Part shown: positions 59,338 through 64,000 of the stretch, one piece after another
Numbering within the stretch: position 1 is the first letter of the stretch
How the letters are laid out: each line of letters begins with the position of its first letter
Origin: Candidatus Thorarchaeota archaeon SMTZ1-45
Lineage (GTDB): Archaea > Asgardarchaeota > Thorarchaeia > Thorarchaeales > Thorarchaeaceae
Reading direction: 5' to 3'
Length of the DNA stretch: 64,000 bases
Assembly (NCBI GenBank): GCA_001563335.1
Contig: LRSL01000076.1
Coordinates: 1 to 64,000, forward strand
Made by a program: the position numbers and the translations under genes
The notes under the pieces: generated by a model
Database searches by the model: none
Seen by the model: only the letters and a program-made list of their open reading frames with translations
Told to the model about the DNA's origin: nothing

Positions 59338-59440
59338 GTCAAACACCAAACATCCTGCTATCGATTTTTTAGTTTTAAGAGCCTTTCCACGATAAAAAAG
59401 AGATGAAGTGGATGGGGAAAACCCCATCCAACTTGGGTTT

Positions 59441-60070
59441 TTATTCTCCAACTGGTTCGTATCTTCTACCTAAGAAGAATACAATTACAACAACTAGTAC
59501 TACAGCTAATAGAAACAGAGCTCCTGACGCCCATCCATATGACCAGGTGTTTTTGATTATACTCATTAGAAGGTAGACGCCTGCCATGATTACACCTAAA
59601 ACAAGTGAAACCAGCATGAACCGTGAGGTCATTTCCTTCACTTGTCCTGTTTCAGCACCCTCTGCAATCTTACTTCCAAAGAATACAAACACAAAGAGGA
59701 AGATGTATGCGATCACAATCATGGTCCCCATGTCAAACAGGTAACCTTGAGTGACTTCATCCGCATCAATACCTTCAAGCATTCCAAAGGTGAGTAAAGT
59801 TCCTAGGGCATGAATGTAAACAAGCATATTAGATAACAGCTTATCATCGGGATGCACAAATCCTGTCATTTCAGTGAATGTGTTGATTATACTGATAATC
59901 AAAACAACTCCTAGAATACCAAGTGCTCCAATCCATATGTAGAACGGATACTGCATTTGCTCAGGAGTTGCAGATAGTGATTCAAGCAGATATTTCACAC
60001 CAATAGTAACACCAAGCAGTGTTAGTCCAATTCCAGAAAGGAAGTTGCCAATAGTCGTAAGCCTAACCAT
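59441..60070 (-). CDS. Six-TM membrane protein
   Basis: Six hydrophobic helices; hairpin GGATGGGG-AAAA-CCCCATCC at 59410-59429 just downstream. Confidence 0.7.
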   Translation of the reverse strand: MVRLTTIGNFLSGIGLTLLGVTIGVKYLLESLSATPEQMQYPFYIWIGALGILGVVLIISIINTFTEMTGFVHPDDKLLSNMLVYIHALGTLLTFGMLEGIDADEVTQGYLFDMGTMIVIAYIFLFVFVFFGSKIAEGAETGQVKEMTSRFMLVSLVLGVIMAGVYLLMSIIKNTWSYGWASGALFLLAVVLVVVIVFFLGRRYEPVGE

Positions 60071-60160
60071 ATTTGACTCTCCCCTGTCGGAGTATCTGAA
60101 GGCTCACTGTGCCTAGTTTCTATTAACTCTTTGCAATATCTCAGAAAGCATGTAATCTCT

Positions 60161-61369
60161 TTAATCATACGTGTGAATGACTGGTGCTGCTTCCTTGAGG
60201 AAATAGGTACCAATGCATGCAACTGCAATTAGAGCTGCTACTAAGATAGCTAAGCCAAGGAGACTTCCCATTTCATATGCAATTTGGCCTGCTAATGGTC
60301 CAATGATCATCCCTGAGCCAAAGAAGATACTATACACACCCATAGTGCTTCCCCGAGCCTCTTCACTTGAAATATCAGTGAGATAAGCCATAGCCGCAGG
60401 AGGGAAAGATCCCGCAACGAATCCTAGAATTGGTAATAAAGGCCAAATCGACCAGACAGCTGAGAAATTTTCTGAATTTGCGACGAGAATATATGAAAGG
60501 GCACCAAATCCAATAAGACCCACAACAATGAATGGTCTTCTTTTCATTAGGTGATCTGAGAGATGTCCCATCGTAATGATTCCCAGAATTAGCGAAATCC
60601 CAAGCATAGCAAAGATGACTAGCATATCAAACTCTGTGAGTGAGAAGTGTTCCTCAATTATTTGTTTCAGTTTTGAAATCATGAGACCATATAGAGAGAT
60701 TATTGGTACGTAGACTGGTAGCATAAGTTGGATTCTTCGATCACCTGCAACCTCCTTCAAAAGAGCAGTCATGCTTACCTCAGTTTTTGAAACCACTCGA
60801 GTTTCCTTAATTAGAAAGAGTGCAAGAAAACCACTAATTGTGCATGCTCCTGCGGCGGCAAATAGAAGTATGTGAGGCTCCCACCCGAATTCCAATAATA
60901 GAATTCCCAGACCAAAACCACCAGCAAGTCCTACTAGGGTCGACAGGTCATAATATCCCATTAATCGTGCTCGATTGAATTCTGAAGAAGCATCGGCAAT
61001 CATTGAGAGAGTAGTGGTGACCTTTGATGCTGCACCTATACCAAAGAGAACAGCTAGAATGTACGCAAGAAACTCAAAAGAAGCAATCCCAAACAGAAAG
61101 GCTGCTAGTCCTGTAAGGAATAGACTTGCAACAAAAATGGGTTTTCTTCCAATCTTATCGCTATATGTGCCAAAGAATGAAACTGTGCTCAACTCTGATA
61201 TTGGATAGATGATGAGAATAAGAGTAACACTCCATCCTTGCAAGATGCCACCCATGTATGCGTTACTCGAGATTACAGCTATTGTCACGTAGAACGATGC
61301 TCGCATTATCAATGTCACAATATATAGCATCATTAAGGTCAGGAAATGACCAGATTTTCTAAGTCCCAT
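60161..61369 (-). CDS. MFS transporter
   Basis: GTYSDKIGRK and GHLSDHLMKRR motif-A variants; ~12 TM. Confidence 0.9.
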   Translation of the reverse strand: MGLRKSGHFLTLMMLYIVTLIMRASFYVTIAVISSNAYMGGILQGWSVTLILIIYPISELSTVSFFGTYSDKIGRKPIFVASLFLTGLAAFLFGIASFEFLAYILAVLFGIGAASKVTTTLSMIADASSEFNRARLMGYYDLSTLVGLAGGFGLGILLLEFGWEPHILLFAAAGACTISGFLALFLIKETRVVSKTEVSMTALLKEVAGDRRIQLMLPVYVPIISLYGLMISKLKQIIEEHFSLTEFDMLVIFAMLGISLILGIITMGHLSDHLMKRRPFIVVGLIGFGALSYILVANSENFSAVWSIWPLLPILGFVAGSFPPAAMAYLTDISSEEARGSTMGVYSIFFGSGMIIGPLAGQIAYEMGSLLGLAILVAALIAVACIGTYFLKEAAPVIHTYD

Positions 61370-61445
61370 TCTTTTGGTCTCCGCGTAATGTAGGTCTGGC
61401 CGATGCGTTAGCGTTTATAAGCTTGGTAGGTGCAACAATTGAACT

Positions 61446-61808
61446 ATGGCTGGCAGTAGGATTTCAGGGGACATTGGTTCAACAGAGTATGTATACCTCT
61501 CACTCTATAGGCTAAGAATCATGGATGATGAAGACAAGAAGAAGTGGTTCAAATCTTGGAGAGAGATAAGAGGTCAATTACCAAAAGGTATGAAGATTGT
61601 TACTGAAGCGACAAGTGCATTTGGAACAGAATACACTGGGTTTACAGTTTATGAAGGACCTCTTGAGAAATTCCAAGAGCTTGTTGATAAAATCGAAGAA
61701 TATTCAGCAGGGTTTGTTGAAAAGTCCCTGACTATTATTGGAACGAAGGGACTCTCTCTTCCAACTGCCGAGTTTCAAAAGATACTCGATGGGCGACCAG
61801 TAGATTAA
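61446..61808 (+). CDS. Hypothetical protein
   Basis: 120-aa ORF with TTTATAA upstream. Confidence 0.65.
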   Translation: MAGSRISGDIGSTEYVYLSLYRLRIMDDEDKKKWFKSWREIRGQLPKGMKIVTEATSAFGTEYTGFTVYEGPLEKFQELVDKIEEYSAGFVEKSLTIIGTKGLSLPTAEFQKILDGRPVD

Positions 61809-61821
61809 GAGGGTCATAGGA

Positions 61822-63585
61822 GTGAAGCACAAGTTTTCGCGCAGGACTGCGGTCATTCTTGTCTTTGCTATCTTTGTAGGCTTTGTGATGTACAATATTG
61901 CACCAACTGAGATTGAACCTGGTCAGTATAGTCTGGCGTTAGAGATTCACTCCCCAGGCATTGATGTTTCTCAAATCTATAATATTTCATTTGTCAGTGA
62001 GATCTCTGATGGCAGCTCCAACTATCTTCTCACTGGATCTTTGACGAATGTCACTGTGACAATCCCTCGATCTATTGTTATTTCTCCCAACAATCCTTTC
62101 AGAATCATTCTTAGTGCAAGCGGTGAGAGTTTGTCTGCAAGTGATATTGTTGCGACACTCACAAATGATGATGAGTTTAATCTAACACTTCGTCCCAATA
62201 GACAATCCGGTCAAATCTTCATTATCGAATATCAACCATTGGTCAACTCCAATTCTGCAGTGATGATTCTAGCAGTCGTTGCCATTCTTTGGTTCTCAGA
62301 AGGAATCAGTCTAGTAGCAACCTCTCTTCTCATTCCTATCTTGATCGTCCTCTCAAATATACGCACACCCGATGCTGCTCTAGCACCCTTCTTTGACCCT
62401 GCTGTGGCGCTAATACTTGGAGGATTTCTAATAGGTCGAGCATTGGACAAATATGAACTTGATAAACGACTCGCTCTTCTGATACTATCAAGGAGTGCTG
62501 GATCTGGTTCTAGCCTAATTCTCAGTGTGATGAGTATCACAGCATTCCTATCGATGTGGATAAGTAACACAGCATCTGCAGCAATTATGATTCCAATCGC
62601 TCTTGCGGTAATTAGTCGTATTCGAAGCTTAGAAACAAGAGACAAATATGGGAAAGCACTTGTGTTGGGTGTAGCTTATTCAGCGACACTTGGTGGAGTT
62701 GCAAGCCTTGTTGGTTCTCCCCCCAATCCTTTGGCTGCTACATACATCAACTCATTCCTTGGGATTCAATTCTCATTCATGAGTTGGTTGCCCTTTGGAC
62801 TTCCTGTCGTTTTGATTATGTTGCCGCTGATCTGGCGATGGATAATGTTTCGATTCAAACTACCAAAGAACATCGAGGAAATGAACGAGTTGAGAGAGAT
62901 CTCATTCAAGGAGTATCTGAAACTTGGTCCAATGCCTATGGAACAAAAGTTAGTCGTAGTAGTTTTCATTTCAACTGTAGCACTCTGGTTCACAGAGAAA
63001 CTGCCAGATTTCATAGCTAGTGCAATTGGTTGGTCTGGACATGGAATCTCAAGTTCAATAGTTGCATTGATGGGTGGTCTCTCATTAATGGTGCTTCGTC
63101 TCATTGATGAAAAAGATGTGTCTTCTGGCATAAACTGGTCATCACTGATGATTCTTGGTGGTGGAATCGCATTAGGTGGTGCAATGATTGATACTGGTCT
63201 GTCAGCTTTCATCGCACACCAGATGATCGGACTTGGTATACTTCCCTCATTCCTTGTGATAATCATAATCGGTACCTTAGCAGTACTTGTGACAATGGTA
63301 GCTTCGAATACTGGTGCGGCAGTTATTTTGATACCAATTGCGATACCATTAGCCACAGGTCTTGGTATTGACCCTCTCCTCATAGTGATGGTGATAGCTA
63401 TAGCTGTTTCCATGGACTTCGCATTACCAACTGGGACTCCACCATCAACTATAGCTTATAGCACTGGCAAGGTTCAGATTCGCGAGATGATAACGACCGG
63501 TCTAATTGTAGATTTAATTGCAATTCTAGTTGTTACAATTCTTGCAGTATGGTTGTGGGGTATCCTAGGGTTAGTCGTGCTCTGA
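61822..63585 (+). CDS. DASS/SLC13 anion symporter with extra N-terminal extracellular domain
   Basis: SMWISNT, GSPPN, ASNT, LPTGTPP. Confidence 0.9.
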   Translation: MKHKFSRRTAVILVFAIFVGFVMYNIAPTEIEPGQYSLALEIHSPGIDVSQIYNISFVSEISDGSSNYLLTGSLTNVTVTIPRSIVISPNNPFRIILSASGESLSASDIVATLTNDDEFNLTLRPNRQSGQIFIIEYQPLVNSNSAVMILAVVAILWFSEGISLVATSLLIPILIVLSNIRTPDAALAPFFDPAVALILGGFLIGRALDKYELDKRLALLILSRSAGSGSSLILSVMSITAFLSMWISNTASAAIMIPIALAVISRIRSLETRDKYGKALVLGVAYSATLGGVASLVGSPPNPLAATYINSFLGIQFSFMSWLPFGLPVVLIMLPLIWRWIMFRFKLPKNIEEMNELREISFKEYLKLGPMPMEQKLVVVVFISTVALWFTEKLPDFIASAIGWSGHGISSSIVALMGGLSLMVLRLIDEKDVSSGINWSSLMILGGGIALGGAMIDTGLSAFIAHQMIGLGILPSFLVIIIIGTLAVLVTMVASNTGAAVILIPIAIPLATGLGIDPLLIVMVIAIAVSMDFALPTGTPPSTIAYSTGKVQIREMITTGLIVDLIAILVVTILAVWLWGILGLVVL

Positions 63586-63661
63586 AATTACTAGTGCATC
63601 TTTGGAATTCACGAAGGGTTTAAATCGCTCAAAGGACCGCTCCTCACAAAGGTGCCTAAAC

Positions 63662-64000
63662 ATGAGTTGGGTAATGAAGATAATCAAAGGAAGTCCAGAT
63701 GAACATACCCACGCTAAGCTGGTGAAATATGGTATTGGTTCTCATCCTGGTCCCCGAACAAAACTGACCTTGAGTAAAGCCAGTATCAAATTCAAGGCTG
63801 ATCTTGATCAAGAAAAAGATATTCTTCGGGGATATCTCTTGGGTGCACCTGCTGGGACTCATAAGGTTAAGGGTACAATAATCACCTATAGTGATCGCAC
63901 TAACGAATTTAGTCAGCTGAATATGCCTATTTCATGGTCGAAATCAAAAGGTAAGGGAACTCCTGTCTTCAAAGCGAAAGTGGATGAAGTTGCTCCAATC
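63662..64000 (+). CDS. Hypothetical protein, 3'-truncated by the window
   Basis: Read manually: MSWVMKIIKGSPDEHTHAKLVKYGIGSHPGP..., open to the window end; absent from the ORF track. Confidence 0.7.
   Translation, partial: MSWVMKIIKGSPDEHTHAKLVKYGIGSHPGPRTKLTLSKASIKFKADLDQEKDILRGYLLGAPAGTHKVKGTIITYSDRTNEFSQLNMPISWSKSKGKGTPVFKAKVDEVAPI

Noticed and set aside
62766-63413. 215-aa antisense ORF, and the many other short antisense ORFs in the track
   Set aside because: They lie opposite well-supported genes and have the composition expected of shadow frames.
1-64000. CRISPR array, transposase, integrase, prophage, tRNA or rRNA
   Set aside because: No regularly spaced repeats, mobile-element proteins or cloverleaf/rRNA signatures seen by eye. 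An intron-containing tRNA could be missed; tRNAscan-SE in archaeal mode would settle that.

Overview
A gene-dense archaeal chromosomal window, most likely from an Asgard archaeon of Thorarchaeia type. This assignment is inference from arrestin-fold proteins, a membrane-anchored longin-like protein, a PRMT-like methyltransferase, archaeal-type MetRS, a RecJ/GAN-like DHH protein, TATA-like promoters and GGAGGTGA ribosome-binding sites. About 60 CDS are supported. They include metG, a heterodimeric ABC exporter, uvrB followed by two tandem full-length uvrA paralogues, a detached uvrC, purine-salvage genes, several TPR proteins, transporters and hydrolases. I saw no rRNA, tRNA, CRISPR array or transposase. 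The strongest unexplained signal is non-coding: a ~400-650 nt, densely base-paired minus-strand RNA candidate (~2780 down to ~2375 or ~2130) with its own BRE/TATA-like promoter and an adjacent perfect 22-bp palindrome. Other notable items are a folded ~145-nt leader before metG, unannotated 31-43 aa ORFs (two sharing a LxxxYYD pattern), an ATPase-dead RadA paralogue with FxxA and PIP-like motifs, and tandem arrestins. All calls come from reading motifs by eye; no database search or folding program was run.
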